From: a virus
Taxonomy: Duplodnaviria; Caudoviricetes
Virus record (IMG/VR): IMGVR_UViG_3300025151_000048
Location: 1 to 52,814 of that record
Strand: one strand, 5' to 3'
DNA: 52,814 nt
How positions within the stretch are numbered: the stretch's first letter is position 1; each line of letters starts with the position of its first letter. The notes under the pieces were generated by a model, which saw nothing but the letters and a program-made list of their open reading frames with translations, had not been told where the DNA came from and searched no databases. Both the position numbers and the translations under genes were made by a program. Of the stretch, positions 20,806-31,636 are shown in pieces.

Positions 20806-21513
20806 TTATTGTTTTTCTTGTTGTATTGTTTGTATTTCTTCTTGATTTGCAATTTGATACATTTGAACTTCTTTAGTAGATAACCCAGCTAGTTCTAATA
20901 TTTTTTCTACTAACGCAACCTCTTCAGATGCATGAACTTCAAAATTAGTACTTGTTCCTGCATTATATAAAGCTTCGCCATAAACCATATTATATCCCCA
21001 ATTAGGAGCCGCTGGTCTTGCTATTAGGTTACAAGTAACACTAGCAGTAATAGTAATGGGATATACTTGAATTGTGAATTCACCTGTTTTTATATATGCA
21101 GGTCTAATTAAGTTTGGAGTTGTTAATGGAGAAGATTGGATTTTTCTTAAATCGCCTTTGTTTATATGCTCTATTGTAACATATGGTCTATCTGCGCTTT
21201 CTTTATACATTAAATCTCCCATTCTATAATGTGCAGGTAAAGTTCCAGCTCCACCAGCACCCATTGCTACATCTTGATTAAATTGCTCAAATATACTTAT
21301 TTTTTCTTCAAGTATATTTAACATATCTGAATATTCAGTATTATTCCCAGACATTCTTCCAAATTGATTAATATCATAAAAATACTGCTCAAATATATCT
21401 AGTTGTGCTTGTTCAGCAAATAGATTAAATTCTTGAGGAGTGACATATCCACGTTGCTCTTTATTAAGAACACTCAAAACAGTTTGGTAAACAGCATCTA
21501 TATTTACAGCCAT
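20806..21513 (-). CDS. Head-tail adaptor / ring protein
   Basis: 235 aa; LNKEQRGYVTPQEFNLFAEQAQ..PxxPNWGY; position downstream of capsid genes. Confidence 0.6.
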   Translation of the reverse strand: MAVNIDAVYQTVLSVLNKEQRGYVTPQEFNLFAEQAQLDIFEQYFYDINQFGRMSGNNTEYSDMLNILEEKISIFEQFNQDVAMGAGGAGTLPAHYRMGDLMYKESADRPYVTIEHINKGDLRKIQSSPLTTPNLIRPAYIKTGEFTIQVYPITITASVTCNLIARPAAPNWGYNMVYGEALYNAGTSTNFEVHASEEVALVEKILELAGLSTKEVQMYQIANQEEIQTIQQEKQ

Positions 21514-21515
21514 AA

Positions 21516-21677
21516 TTAATAAGGGAATTTTTTATTTAAATATTCTTTACGCTTACCACAGCCGCAATCTTGGCCTGTAGCTTCGCTAATTTTTTCTACA
21601 ACTTTTTTTATTCCAGTTGCTTCTGTAATGGCCTCAACGGTATCGCCAAAACCACGATGTTTCATTTTAAAAGCCAT
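21516..21677 (-). CDS. Small 53 aa protein with CGC motif (not in ORF track)
   Basis: MAFKMKHRGFGDTVEAITEATGIKKVVEKISEATGQDCGCGKRKEYLNKKFPY; fills the gap and stops 2 nt before the next ATG. Confidence 0.75.
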   Translation of the reverse strand: MAFKMKHRGFGDTVEAITEATGIKKVVEKISEATGQDCGCGKRKEYLNKKFPY

Positions 21678-21691
21678 ATATAATATTTTTA

Positions 21692-21725
21692 GTAAATACA
21701 GCCGCCATTAAGACGGCTGCTTTAC
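21692..21725 (-). terminator. Stem-loop, probable terminator/processing site
   Basis: Minus strand GCAGCCGTC-TTAAT-GGCGGCTGT followed by ATTTACT, just after a stop codon. Confidence 0.55.
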
Positions 21726-21732
21726 ATTGTTT

Positions 21733-22506
21733 TTATTTAACTTTCTTTGCTAAAACCTTATAAACTTCCATTCCTTCATCTGTCTTAAACCATGCGGCTA
21801 AAGCGCTATAAGGATGTTCTTCATAAGGAACAACACATAATTTTTTACCATTTGGATAAGTAAATAATCTTTGATCCGCTGATAATTTTATATGATTTTG
21901 TTCCACAGCTTTTGCTCCAAAATTTCTAAGCTCAACATTTTCATCATTAGCTAATTGTAAAAATACACTTGGTCTTCTTCTAGCCATTAATAATATATCT
22001 CGCTTAATTTCTTTACTACTCATATCTAAGACTTCACTTCCAATTTCAGCTCTTAATATAGCTTCTGCATGTTCAATATCAATTGTTGTTGCCGCGTTCA
22101 TAGCTGCTAATTGGTATTCTAAATCTCCTAATTCGTCAGTAGCAATTTTTACTTCATCATATTCCTTAAATACATCATTTGCCATAGGGTGATAAACAGA
22201 CATTAATAATTGTAAACACTGATCTTCTTTCCCAACAAATAATTTACCATTTCTTAACACAATTCTACCTAAAGTAGATTCCCCCTTTTGTTCATCAACA
22301 AATGGAGTAGGTTGATTAGTGGCATATTTAAGTTCTCTATTGTAACCTTTTTCTGGGTCAAACCAGAGTAGAGGTCTTTTTGCAGTATGCATTGATGCAA
22401 TACTAAATACTAAAGGTTTATTTCTACCAGTTAAGGTATATAACCTATCTTTAATTTCCCAGCCTTTTGGCTTGGTCAATTGTCTTTCTTTTTTTGTTTT
22501 TTCCAT
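21733..22506 (-). CDS. Hypothetical protein downstream of major capsid gene
   Basis: 257 aa ORF, co-oriented, A-rich start context. Confidence 0.6.
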   Translation of the reverse strand: MEKTKKERQLTKPKGWEIKDRLYTLTGRNKPLVFSIASMHTAKRPLLWFDPEKGYNRELKYATNQPTPFVDEQKGESTLGRIVLRNGKLFVGKEDQCLQLLMSVYHPMANDVFKEYDEVKIATDELGDLEYQLAAMNAATTIDIEHAEAILRAEIGSEVLDMSSKEIKRDILLMARRRPSVFLQLANDENVELRNFGAKAVEQNHIKLSADQRLFTYPNGKKLCVVPYEEHPYSALAAWFKTDEGMEVYKVLAKKVK

Positions 22507-22530
22507 GATATAATATAATTAAATAATTTT

Positions 22531-22588
22531 AAAAATAAGGTTACTGGGCGCCCCTTGAGCAAAGCTTTTTGGCGCCCCTGTATCCTTA
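22531..22588 (-). terminator. Rho-independent terminator after major capsid gene
   Basis: Minus strand TAAGG..GGGCGCC....GGCGCCC..CCTTA followed by TTTTT. Confidence 0.7.
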
Positions 22589-22598
22589 ATAAAATGTA

Positions 22599-24071
22599 TT
22601 ATGAGTTCTTCAATAATACAAAGTTGTTAGCCGCTTGTACACATAAACATCTTTCTGATAAGAAATTTACTTGCATAACGTCTAAGTCAGAAGTATAAGC
22701 ACCACCAACAGAACCAGTAATCCAAGACTTCAATCTTCTATCGTCAGCTTCAGAAGCTCTATAACGAATATGTAAGAATGGTCTTGAAATATTTCTACCC
22801 ATATTTTGATCATATACAGTAGAAGTTCCAGCAGGTACCATTATACCTTCAACATCAGAAATTAATCCTCTTGTAGTTGAATCATTTAAGTATTTCCAAT
22901 CAGACTTATAGAAATCATAAGAACCTCTTCTAAATCCAGAGAAACCTAAATTAAGAGCCATATCTGCAGAGTTATCAAATACTCCATAAGAAGTACCATC
23001 AGCTCCGTAAGAATTTTGATTAGCTAACATTTTGTCAATAGCAAGCGCAGTGCTTCTATTTAAGAACATCATGTTCTCTTCAATAGCACCTTGCTTATCA
23101 AGCTCTTGTAAAATATTATCAAACTCATCAATACCACCGCCTGGGTAAGAGTTACCAAAGCTTTGATCGTTATATACTAATCCTCTATTTTCAACTGCAG
23201 AGAATAAACCTTCAGAACCTGCAGGAGCAGCTCCTAAATCAGTAGTTCCTGCAACACCAGAAGCAGCAACAGCTTTTTCAGCCTCAATCATTGCCATTTC
23301 TAATTTGTCTTCAAATCTAATTCTTGTTTCAGACTCAGATTTTAAGTACCATAAGTAACCAGAAGCACCAGCCTCAGTAGCTACTTCAACCCAGCCAATT
23401 TGAGCAGTATCAGATCCAGCGATCTTATACTTAGCTTTCATAATGATTGGTTTGTTAGAAAACTTCATGAATGGAGCATCAACTGATTGTTGCTCTTCGT
23501 TGTCAGTTCCTTTTCCATACTCAGAACCATAAATAAATAGTTTTACTGCACCTGCAGAAAAACCAGCGTCGTTTCCACCTGCTAATACAATACCAGCATA
23601 TGAATATGCAGATACGTCAAATGTTACACCACCACCAGCTTTACTTACTATTCTTGCTTTTACAGTTTTGTTTCCTTGAGCAATAACTACTGTATCACCA
23701 ATAGAATATAAAACTATTTGTTGTGCAGCAGTTAACCCTTCACCATCAGTATCAGTTACTAAAGTAACTCTATCGCTAGTTGCGTTAACGTTTGCAATTG
23801 TAGCATTATTAGATGCTACGTGGATTCTTCCTTGCTCAGACCAAACAACTTCATCAGAAGCCATTGGCATTTCAGCTCCAACCATTCTTAAAAATCCAGA
23901 AATAGTACGGTTACCGTATCTTTCTACTTCTTTTTCATAAACTTCTGGTAGGAATTGTCTAGCAAAGTTAAAATCATTATCGGCGATGTTCAGATAATTA
24001 TCATCAAACGCCAGTTTGTTGGGGCGCGGGGTTACGTGTAGTAACTCAGCACCAGTTCCAGCTAAAGCCAT
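22599..24071 (-). CDS. Major capsid protein
   Basis: 490 aa; follows portal and scaffold, followed by a terminator; QFLPEVYEKEVERYGNRTISGFL..WSEQGR and FLSERCLCVQAANNF resemble Bacteroidota podophage capsid proteins. Confidence 0.85.
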   Translation of the reverse strand: MALAGTGAELLHVTPRPNKLAFDDNYLNIADNDFNFARQFLPEVYEKEVERYGNRTISGFLRMVGAEMPMASDEVVWSEQGRIHVASNNATIANVNATSDRVTLVTDTDGEGLTAAQQIVLYSIGDTVVIAQGNKTVKARIVSKAGGGVTFDVSAYSYAGIVLAGGNDAGFSAGAVKLFIYGSEYGKGTDNEEQQSVDAPFMKFSNKPIIMKAKYKIAGSDTAQIGWVEVATEAGASGYLWYLKSESETRIRFEDKLEMAMIEAEKAVAASGVAGTTDLGAAPAGSEGLFSAVENRGLVYNDQSFGNSYPGGGIDEFDNILQELDKQGAIEENMMFLNRSTALAIDKMLANQNSYGADGTSYGVFDNSADMALNLGFSGFRRGSYDFYKSDWKYLNDSTTRGLISDVEGIMVPAGTSTVYDQNMGRNISRPFLHIRYRASEADDRRLKSWITGSVGGAYTSDLDVMQVNFLSERCLCVQAANNFVLLKNS

Positions 24072-24105
24072 AATTTTAATTTTTAATTGTTAATTATTGT
24101 TTAAT

Positions 24106-25281
24106 TTATCGTTTTTTAAATCCCCATTTAACTTCGTTTCCACTTGCATCAACAGATCTATAAACAGTTCCTTTGATTTCGGATTTTTGATGCCCTTGTC
24201 TAGGTGCCATGCTAACATTCTTTGCTTTTGCAATACTGTCTTTCATAGCGTCTGCTTTTCCCTGCTCATAAAAATGGTTCGCAATTGCATCGGGATTCAT
24301 TGCTGTGAATAAAGATTTATGATACCCTGCTGCGTCTTGCATTTCATTGTTTTTGTTTAAGAACCTCTTAACAAAATTAGAAATATCGCTTTGTGTATCT
24401 TTTACTTCATTCGCGTTCTTAACATTATATCTATACCTTTTATCTCCTACCTTATATTCAAAACCTTTGAAGTCCTTGTTGAAAACTTGGTTAGTCCTGT
24501 TATCGAACGTTTCTTTTTGCTTTTCAGCAATTTTTTTATCCTCATTATATCTATTAAAGAAATTTATAGCTTTTTGTTGTTCTGGTAATAATTTAGAACC
24601 AGCTTTAATTTCTTCGTAATATTGAGCTTTCATGCTATTTAAGTGGTTTTTAGCATTTGCTAATTCCTCTTTCCTAGCTAACTTTTTTCTTTTAATTTCT
24701 CTTTCATCATCTTCATCTTCATTATATGCAAAATTATCTTCTATTAAGAAGTTAATTTCACCCTGATCAAGATGAGGTTTAGTTACACTATAATACTCAC
24801 TTAATAATTGTGCCTCATTTAATTTATCAACATCTTGATTAAGTTTTACATAGTCTTCTAAACTACCTCCTGTTTCATCCATAAAGTTTATAACTTTTTG
24901 AATATCTTCAGGAATTTGAGCCCCAGTTTCTTTAGCGTCTTCAACTGCTTCAACAATTTCTTCTGCTAAATCCTCAGCCTCTTCTTTAATTTCTTCTTCA
25001 CTAATTTCTTCTAATACAGGCAGCTCAGCGCTTTCTACCGTAGCTTCTTCAGTGGTTTCTTTTTCTTCAACTACTTCTTCAGCAGCATCTTCAACAACCT
25101 CTTCCTCTTTAGGTTCTTTAGTTTCTTCATCTTTAGGCACTAAATTAGTAAAATCAATTTTATGCACACCGTCTTCTTTTACGGTTACTTCAGGAACTAA
25201 TTCCTTTTCAGCCGAAGGCGTTTTGGTTTCTTTAACCTCTTCTACTACCTCTTCGACTACTTTTTCATTTTTTTTAGCCAT
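24106..25281 (-). CDS. Capsid scaffolding protein
   Basis: 391 aa; very acidic low-complexity N-half, helical C-half with FYEQGKADA; between portal and capsid. Confidence 0.7.
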   Translation of the reverse strand: MAKKNEKVVEEVVEEVKETKTPSAEKELVPEVTVKEDGVHKIDFTNLVPKDEETKEPKEEEVVEDAAEEVVEEKETTEEATVESAELPVLEEISEEEIKEEAEDLAEEIVEAVEDAKETGAQIPEDIQKVINFMDETGGSLEDYVKLNQDVDKLNEAQLLSEYYSVTKPHLDQGEINFLIEDNFAYNEDEDDEREIKRKKLARKEELANAKNHLNSMKAQYYEEIKAGSKLLPEQQKAINFFNRYNEDKKIAEKQKETFDNRTNQVFNKDFKGFEYKVGDKRYRYNVKNANEVKDTQSDISNFVKRFLNKNNEMQDAAGYHKSLFTAMNPDAIANHFYEQGKADAMKDSIAKAKNVSMAPRQGHQKSEIKGTVYRSVDASGNEVKWGFKKR

Positions 25282-25312
25282 AATAAAATATTATAAAATT
25301 ATACAATTAATA

Positions 25313-27739
25313 TTACTGAGGTTCAAATGAACCCAAGTCAAATCCTCCACCCATTATATCATTACCAGATGACTCAAAATTTTTAGGCGGAGCGTCATTC
25401 TGTCTTTGAGCTATCAACTCACTTTGTTGAGTAGCTTGTATTTTTGTTCTATCGTCTTTACGATCTTCTTTATATTTTTCTTTTTGTTTTGCGCCTTCAG
25501 TTTCTTGGCCCTTTAGCTGCATATTAAAATCAAACTCTAAAGTCATAAGGTCTTTTTTAAGCAATGCCTCTTCTTTCATTTGCCTAGATTTTATTTCACC
25601 TTTTAATTTTTCTAATTCACTTTCTATTTGAATTAAAGCTTGTTTCTTTTCAACTTCAGCTTGTGCTGCAACTTGTTGAGCCTGCGCATTTGCTTGTGCT
25701 TGTGCTTGAATATTTCTTTCTTGCAGTTCTTGTTCTTTTTCTTGTTTTTTCTTACGTCTTACTTTTAAAAGTTGATTTGCAAGTTTTACATTTTTTATTT
25801 CTCTTAAATCAATAGCATCTTCTAAATCAATTAATCCACCAGCAACTGCTGCTTGTATATTATTTTCAAGCATTTGTTTTTGTTCTTCATCTGGAGCCAT
25901 TTCAATAAATATACCAAAATCATATAAATGTAGTTCAGACATTTCTTTTAATGTACCAACATTATGATTACCTATTTTATGAATAAATGCTTCTGCCGTA
26001 GGTGAATATTCTAATATATCTGATATTCTAAGTGATAAACCTTCTGCTAATTCTTGTGTAATAAATACACCGGCATTTAATATATGCCTTGTAGCTGTAT
26101 TAGAATTTGCTGCTGCTAATTTTTGTACACCTACCAATGCTCTTGAATCTGGTGTACTACCATCTCTAGCTTCATTTAATCCGGTCACATCTCTTATCAT
26201 TTGAAGATAATAATTGTAATTAGCTATAAGACTTTGCATTTTAACACCACCCGCATTATTTTGTATTTCTTGTATAGGTATTTTACCAGGGTTCATATCC
26301 CCATCGCTTGTAAAAGATCTACCAATAATACTACCAGTTTGGAAGAACATGTTTAATGCTTCTTGTGGGTTATAGTTTGTTCCATTACCTAAATCAATTT
26401 CAGCTAACCCATCAGCGTCTAAATAAATACCATCTGGCACCATTCTTGATAATACTTGCTGTAATTTTAAATGAGTTAATTGAATCATATCAGCAAAACC
26501 AGTAATACGTTTAACTAAAGAATCAATTTTACCCTTATACATTCTAGGGGCACAAATAGCGTAATTCATTTTAACCTTAGTGTAATCACTCTTAGGTCTC
26601 ATCATGTTTTTAGCTAGCTCCCATTTTAGTAAATGCTTTGTGCCTAAAATTAAAACTCCTTCATATAATACTTCTAATGATCTAGATATTTTACCAAATT
26701 CACCAGTCATTTCTTCAATTGGCGGGTCAAATGTATCATCTCTTAATATAATTTTTGAAGCACCAGTAGAAGTTTCTTTAACTTTATAAACCTCATTCAT
26801 ATAGGTTTTATAATTAAAATATAAAACTTGAATTTGATTTTTATCTTGATAATAAGCGGTATCATATCTATTATTTGAATAGCCGTTATTATGTAAGCTT
26901 TGACTTGAAATATCTTTTAAATCTTCTTCTGTTAAATGTGGAAATTCCTTTTTTAATTCGTTTATAGGTATCGTTTTTACTTCACCTACATAATAAACAT
27001 CACTGAAATATGGGTCTTCTGTATAAGAATAAACCATATTAGCAGGGTCTACATAGTCTACTTTTACGCCCTCAGCTTCTGTAAAAGTATTTTTAACAGC
27101 GCCAATACCTAATGTAGTTATATCGTATGTAATTCTTCTTTTAGTTAAATCATATCTATTACCTTCTAGTAATACATTAATAGCTTGCTCTTCAGCTAAT
27201 TCAACTTCTTGCTTATAACTAAGCTGCATATGAAGATCTAATTCTTCTTGACTATCAGGTAATTTTTCTGGTGGATTTTCAAATAAGTTTATACCAAAAG
27301 CCTCTTGCGCAAATTTATTAAGCTCCTGAGTTTCCATGTCTCTTAATATAGACTCCATATATTTAGTTCTTTTACTAACGCCATATGGGTCTTGGGAATA
27401 TGCCTTTACATCAAAAGTTCTTTCTGATATACCATTAACTACTATATCAACGAATTTAGGTATAATAGGAACGGGATTCCAATCTAAATTAAGATAAGAT
27501 AAATCACCATTAATAGATAATTCATCTTTATATTTTTGTATTGATTGTTCACCTCTTGCATATAGTCTTAATCTATTGAATTCTGCTTGGTTATTTCTAT
27601 ATCTTAAATTAGATCCATCTCTATCAAACCACTCATTCTCTATAGCTTTAGCAACCTTAAGCCCATACTCTGCGCTTTCTTTTTCTTGGTCACTTACTAC
27701 TTGACTAGGGAAAAATCCTTTTACAACTGACTCAGCCAT
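25313..27739 (-). CDS. Portal protein
   Basis: 808 aa directly after terminase; VPIIPKFVDIVVNG, IRDVTGLNEARDG; Q/A/K-rich coiled-coil C-terminus. Confidence 0.85.
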   Translation of the reverse strand: MAESVVKGFFPSQVVSDQEKESAEYGLKVAKAIENEWFDRDGSNLRYRNNQAEFNRLRLYARGEQSIQKYKDELSINGDLSYLNLDWNPVPIIPKFVDIVVNGISERTFDVKAYSQDPYGVSKRTKYMESILRDMETQELNKFAQEAFGINLFENPPEKLPDSQEELDLHMQLSYKQEVELAEEQAINVLLEGNRYDLTKRRITYDITTLGIGAVKNTFTEAEGVKVDYVDPANMVYSYTEDPYFSDVYYVGEVKTIPINELKKEFPHLTEEDLKDISSQSLHNNGYSNNRYDTAYYQDKNQIQVLYFNYKTYMNEVYKVKETSTGASKIILRDDTFDPPIEEMTGEFGKISRSLEVLYEGVLILGTKHLLKWELAKNMMRPKSDYTKVKMNYAICAPRMYKGKIDSLVKRITGFADMIQLTHLKLQQVLSRMVPDGIYLDADGLAEIDLGNGTNYNPQEALNMFFQTGSIIGRSFTSDGDMNPGKIPIQEIQNNAGGVKMQSLIANYNYYLQMIRDVTGLNEARDGSTPDSRALVGVQKLAAANSNTATRHILNAGVFITQELAEGLSLRISDILEYSPTAEAFIHKIGNHNVGTLKEMSELHLYDFGIFIEMAPDEEQKQMLENNIQAAVAGGLIDLEDAIDLREIKNVKLANQLLKVRRKKKQEKEQELQERNIQAQAQANAQAQQVAAQAEVEKKQALIQIESELEKLKGEIKSRQMKEEALLKKDLMTLEFDFNMQLKGQETEGAKQKEKYKEDRKDDRTKIQATQQSELIAQRQNDAPPKNFESSGNDIMGGGFDLGSFEPQ

Positions 27740-27740
27740 A

Positions 27741-29957
27741 TTATTTTTCTATTAGTTTTGAGCGCATACCCTCCTGTTTATATTTAGCTATGCTTATATT
27801 TAGTTTTTCTTTTTTAATTGTAGGATTAGGTTTATATAAATGTCTATTACATGCCATAATAGCTAATCCTGAGCTTATTGCGGCATCAAATTTTGTTCTA
27901 TTATTTATATCAAATCTAGCCCAATCCTGCAATGTTCTTTGGAAATATACATCTCCAAAAGAATTGTCTTCTTTTATACCAACATTATTTTGTATATACA
28001 TTTCAATTGCAGCGGCATGAGCTTGTTTTACATCTTCACTTGAATTAGGTATTCCACCTACTTCTTTTTCTGCTGTAGATAATTTATTCCAAACTCTATC
28101 GGGTCTATTCATTGAATATCCTCTATAACCTCTTCTTCTTAAATAATATAATAATCTTGGTTTATTATTTTCACATAATATTGGCATTCCGTAAAATACT
28201 AATGCCATTAGTACATCTTCAAAAAATATTTCCGCTGTTTGAGGCCTAGCTACATATTCTAAAAAGAAATGATTGGGCGGATGATTTTCCATAGAAAATT
28301 TAGTTAATCCATGTAATGCGCCTTTAGACCCTTTGCCATCCGTTGTTCCTGATATATCATAACTATCACAACCAAACGCACCTATATGTTCATTGCCGGG
28401 ATATTTCATACCATTTTTAGTAATATACTTATTTTGTATACTTATATCCGGAACCCAACTTATTTTAAATCTCCCTTTTGGATTTGGATAAAACATAACA
28501 GATGAATCTTTTATACCATTAACCCATTGAAAACTACCAGTGGTAATTTTAGAATCATTATTTAAATCCTCATTAAAATCAATTTGCTCGTATATTTTTG
28601 CTAAATTAAATATACTATTTTGGGTTTCATCTCTGAAAGCATGTTCTTCAGTGCGTGGGAATTGTCTATAAAACTCATTTAAAGCATCCCCATCGTGTTT
28701 TAATCCCTCAACCTCATTTGTCCAGTGTTCAAGAATTCCTATATCTATATAATCCCCATAGGGCCCCTTTGTCTCTGTTTCTGGTGTGTCGAATACAGGT
28801 AGGCCATAAGAATCAATGAATCCCTCGTAGTTCCATTCCATAGGAATGAACAAAGAATATAGTCCTGAGCTAGTCTGTCCATTGCGGTTTCTTTTTGTGA
28901 CATCTGAATCTTTATATAATTTTTTGAAGTTATCACCACCTTTATCTAAAGCATTTGATGTACTCCCCATCATACACTTTCCAATAATTCTACTACCTAA
29001 CCTTAAAGTAGTTTTAGTAACCCTCCAGTTATTTAAAATATTATTAGGTCTTTCCCATTTACCACTTTCATCATGTACTAATAGTTTTAGCTTTTCACCA
29101 TCATAACTATTATCACCAGTATTTTTCCAATCAATTGTAGTATCTAAACCCTGTAAATCTTCTTGATGATCTGTAGACTGTATACTTCTTCTAGTTAATT
29201 TACTAGCTGGCACCCTATATGCTAATTCTGTTTTAGGTCTATCCATACCATCTTGGATAGGTTTAAAAAAGAATGGATAATTAACTGATATTGGCACAAC
29301 CTTGTCAGTAAACATTTTTTTAGCATCTGGACCAGTTTTAGATAATATGCCGTATCTTGCGTCACTAGATATTGTTGCTAAATTTACTACTTCACCTGAC
29401 GCCATAAAAGAAAACCCAGAACGCCTATTTTTTAAATAACACATTCCATAACATCTTTTATCAGCTTTACATGCTTCCCAAAATAAATAAAATAATCTAT
29501 TTGCCTCTCTAAAATCAGGCTTACCTACATCTATTTTACTCCATTGTAAATACATATAATGAGTTCCAGTAATATATGTGGGTATCCCCCTATTATAAAA
29601 CCAAAATCCATCTTCCCTTTTTTGAAATTCATTTTCAATATAATCTATATATTGTTTTTTAAAATCATCAGGGTATTGTTTCCAATCAAATATTGTTTTT
29701 ATTCTTTGTAACTGTTTTGGATATTCAGTTACCTCCCAAGTGTCATTTTGAAATTTATGTACTTTTTTAGGGACCTTTGGCAAAGCTATTCTAAGATTTT
29801 GTATCTCATATATTTCGCCTATCATCCCTGACTTACTTATAACAACAACGTCATGCTCTTTGTTATAGCCGTATTCCCATTTTTTTGCTTTATTAAGCCT
29901 TTTAATAGTATTTATCCTAATAGGCTCTATAACCTTATATAAAGTTTGCTGATACAT
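27741..29957 (-). CDS. terL: Terminase large subunit
   Basis: Walker A-like KNRRSGFS, Walker B LLVHDESGK, coupling motif GST, RNase H-fold acidic residues FGCDSYD / CENN / KFDAAIS. Confidence 0.92.
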   Translation of the reverse strand: MYQQTLYKVIEPIRINTIKRLNKAKKWEYGYNKEHDVVVISKSGMIGEIYEIQNLRIALPKVPKKVHKFQNDTWEVTEYPKQLQRIKTIFDWKQYPDDFKKQYIDYIENEFQKREDGFWFYNRGIPTYITGTHYMYLQWSKIDVGKPDFREANRLFYLFWEACKADKRCYGMCYLKNRRSGFSFMASGEVVNLATISSDARYGILSKTGPDAKKMFTDKVVPISVNYPFFFKPIQDGMDRPKTELAYRVPASKLTRRSIQSTDHQEDLQGLDTTIDWKNTGDNSYDGEKLKLLVHDESGKWERPNNILNNWRVTKTTLRLGSRIIGKCMMGSTSNALDKGGDNFKKLYKDSDVTKRNRNGQTSSGLYSLFIPMEWNYEGFIDSYGLPVFDTPETETKGPYGDYIDIGILEHWTNEVEGLKHDGDALNEFYRQFPRTEEHAFRDETQNSIFNLAKIYEQIDFNEDLNNDSKITTGSFQWVNGIKDSSVMFYPNPKGRFKISWVPDISIQNKYITKNGMKYPGNEHIGAFGCDSYDISGTTDGKGSKGALHGLTKFSMENHPPNHFFLEYVARPQTAEIFFEDVLMALVFYGMPILCENNKPRLLYYLRRRGYRGYSMNRPDRVWNKLSTAEKEVGGIPNSSEDVKQAHAAAIEMYIQNNVGIKEDNSFGDVYFQRTLQDWARFDINNRTKFDAAISSGLAIMACNRHLYKPNPTIKKEKLNISIAKYKQEGMRSKLIEK

Positions 29958-30232
29958 TACTTAGATCTTCTTTCTGCAAACCCACTAAAAGATTCAACTT
30001 TTTCTTCTTTTTTAGGTTTGTTATTAAGCATATCTTCTTCTTCTTGTATTCTATTTAATATTTCAAAAGCATCAAATATTGCTAACTTTTTTGTTGCTGC
30101 AGCATTTTTTAATCTATCAGCTGATATATCATCATCTGAATCAACAATAGGTTCTTTAGCAACTTTTATTAATTCATCTACTGCTTTATGCCCAGCTTGG
30201 ATTATATTTTTTTTCGTCTCCTTGATATTCAT
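29957..30232 (-). CDS. Probable terminase small subunit
   Basis: 91 aa helical protein overlapping the terL start. Confidence 0.5.
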   Translation of the reverse strand: MNIKETKKNIIQAGHKAVDELIKVAKEPIVDSDDDISADRLKNAAATKKLAIFDAFEILNRIQEEEDMLNNKPKKEEKVESFSGFAERRSK

Positions 30233-30782
30233 ATTTAATTGTAATAAAGTGTGTTGGTATTCTATATAGTCTTTTACCTTCTATTATAAATTCATATTCA
30301 CAATTAGGTCTAAACCCAATTAAAGAATCTTTATATATACCTTTTTCATTTAAATCTGGGTCTACATATTTTATAATTCCTCTTAATGGTATTTCTTTTT
30401 CAGTAGAAAACATATCAGTATTTTCTAACGGATGTACAAAATTATATCCTTTAACCGGTTTCCATTCACCATCTCTTTTATATGCAAATATTTGGTCAGG
30501 CATAACAAAGTACATATCCTCTTTATAAAAAGATTTAGAATTTTTTTCTCTACCTTTTATATCATGCCATCTTCTAAATACATTATGGTGTACAATTACT
30601 TCATCACCTTGCCTTATCTCAGTACAGCCAACTGTTGGTGTTTCTAATACTATTGCATTTCTGCTAACATTTTGATGTGTATATATCTCTGTATTTAATA
30701 TAAGAGTTGTGCCATCTATATCTTTAGTATTATTGTATCTGGTATTTTTAGGTTTAATTATAAAATTGGTTACGCTACGCAT
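30186..30782 (-). CDS. Tandem two-domain GroES-like co-chaperonin
   Basis: Two GroES-like halves: FIIKP..GTTLILNT..AIVL..IRQGDEVIV and FVHPL..RGIIKY..IYKDSLIGF..EFIIEGKRLY. Confidence 0.6.
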   Translation of the reverse strand: MRSVTNFIIKPKNTRYNNTKDIDGTTLILNTEIYTHQNVSRNAIVLETPTVGCTEIRQGDEVIVHHNVFRRWHDIKGREKNSKSFYKEDMYFVMPDQIFAYKRDGEWKPVKGYNFVHPLENTDMFSTEKEIPLRGIIKYVDPDLNEKGIYKDSLIGFRPNCEYEFIIEGKRLYRIPTHFITIKYEYQGDEKKYNPSWA

Positions 30783-31000
30783 TAGTAATCTAAATTGTAT
30801 TCTACTGAGATAGCCATGTTTTTATTAAAATCTTTCCAAGGAATAATATTGTCATTCTTTTTTATAAATACACAATACTTATCTTTTTCTTCTAATATAC
30901 AATCTATAACATGCCCTCCATAAACTTCTTGCCCAACAGAATAGTGCATAGAGTCGTTTTTATAATCTTTCCCTATACTAATTTTCCTTACTAGACTCAT
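30782..31000 (-). CDS. Hypothetical protein
   Basis: 72 aa, translationally coupled to neighbours. Confidence 0.65.
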   Translation of the reverse strand: MSLVRKISIGKDYKNDSMHYSVGQEVYGGHVIDCILEEKDKYCVFIKKNDNIIPWKDFNKNMAISVEYNLDY

Positions 31001-31229
31001 CTTCTGCTTCTGTTATAACGCCATCGCTAATATTAATATTTACTTTACCGTATTTTTCTTCAAGTTCTTTATGAGCTTCACCAAATTCAGTTCTTTCAAT
31101 TTCTACAATTTGATGCAGTACTTTATGCTTTGCATTTTCAATATTACCAAGCTCTAATTTTAAATTATTTAATTTACCAATAATACTTTGTAAATTTTCT
31201 AGTTCTTTTTTAGTTATTTTTTTTGCCAT
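30978..31229 (-). CDS. Small coiled-coil hypothetical protein
   Basis: 83 aa; first gene after a candidate late promoter. Confidence 0.65.
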   Translation of the reverse strand: MAKKITKKELENLQSIIGKLNNLKLELGNIENAKHKVLHQIVEIERTEFGEAHKELEEKYGKVNINISDGVITEAEDESSKEN

Positions 31230-31262
31230 TTTATTTAATTTTAATTGATTAATTTCTATATA

Positions 31263-31291
31263 TATTATTACTTATTTACTGTAATTTATAA
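31263..31291 (-). promoter_or_regulatory. Candidate late promoter TTA-N17-GTAATAWTA
   Basis: Second copy of the motif, upstream of the packaging/head block. Confidence 0.5.
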
Positions 31292-31294
31292 ATA

Positions 31295-31615
31295 TTACCA
31301 AGGAACGCCTACCATTACTGTTGGCGGGTTCTGTGTTTTAACTATATCTGCATCTATTTTAGCTTTTAAATCACTTATTGGAAGATTAGCTTCTAACCAG
31401 CCTTCAACTTTAGATTTAGTTAAATTAGCATAAGCAGTCCAATCACTAAGATCACTTGTTTGTATTTCTACTATACCAGAAAGTGTACTTTTAGTGTTAT
31501 CGGAATCATCAATTCCTATATAATTATAAGGTATCGCTGTTACTACATTTACTCTATTTCCTACTTTTGGGATACATTTTAATTGTCCAATTTCCCAAGT
31601 ATATGTTATTGCCAT
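31295..31615 (-). CDS. Tail-fibre-associated small protein
   Basis: 106 aa, MAITYTWEI...YANLTKSKVEGW...PW; family commonly found next to fibre genes. Confidence 0.55.
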   Translation of the reverse strand: MAITYTWEIGQLKCIPKVGNRVNVVTAIPYNYIGIDDSDNTKSTLSGIVEIQTSDLSDWTAYANLTKSKVEGWLEANLPISDLKAKIDADIVKTQNPPTVMVGVPW

Positions 31616-31636
31616 AATTTATTTATTAATTTATAT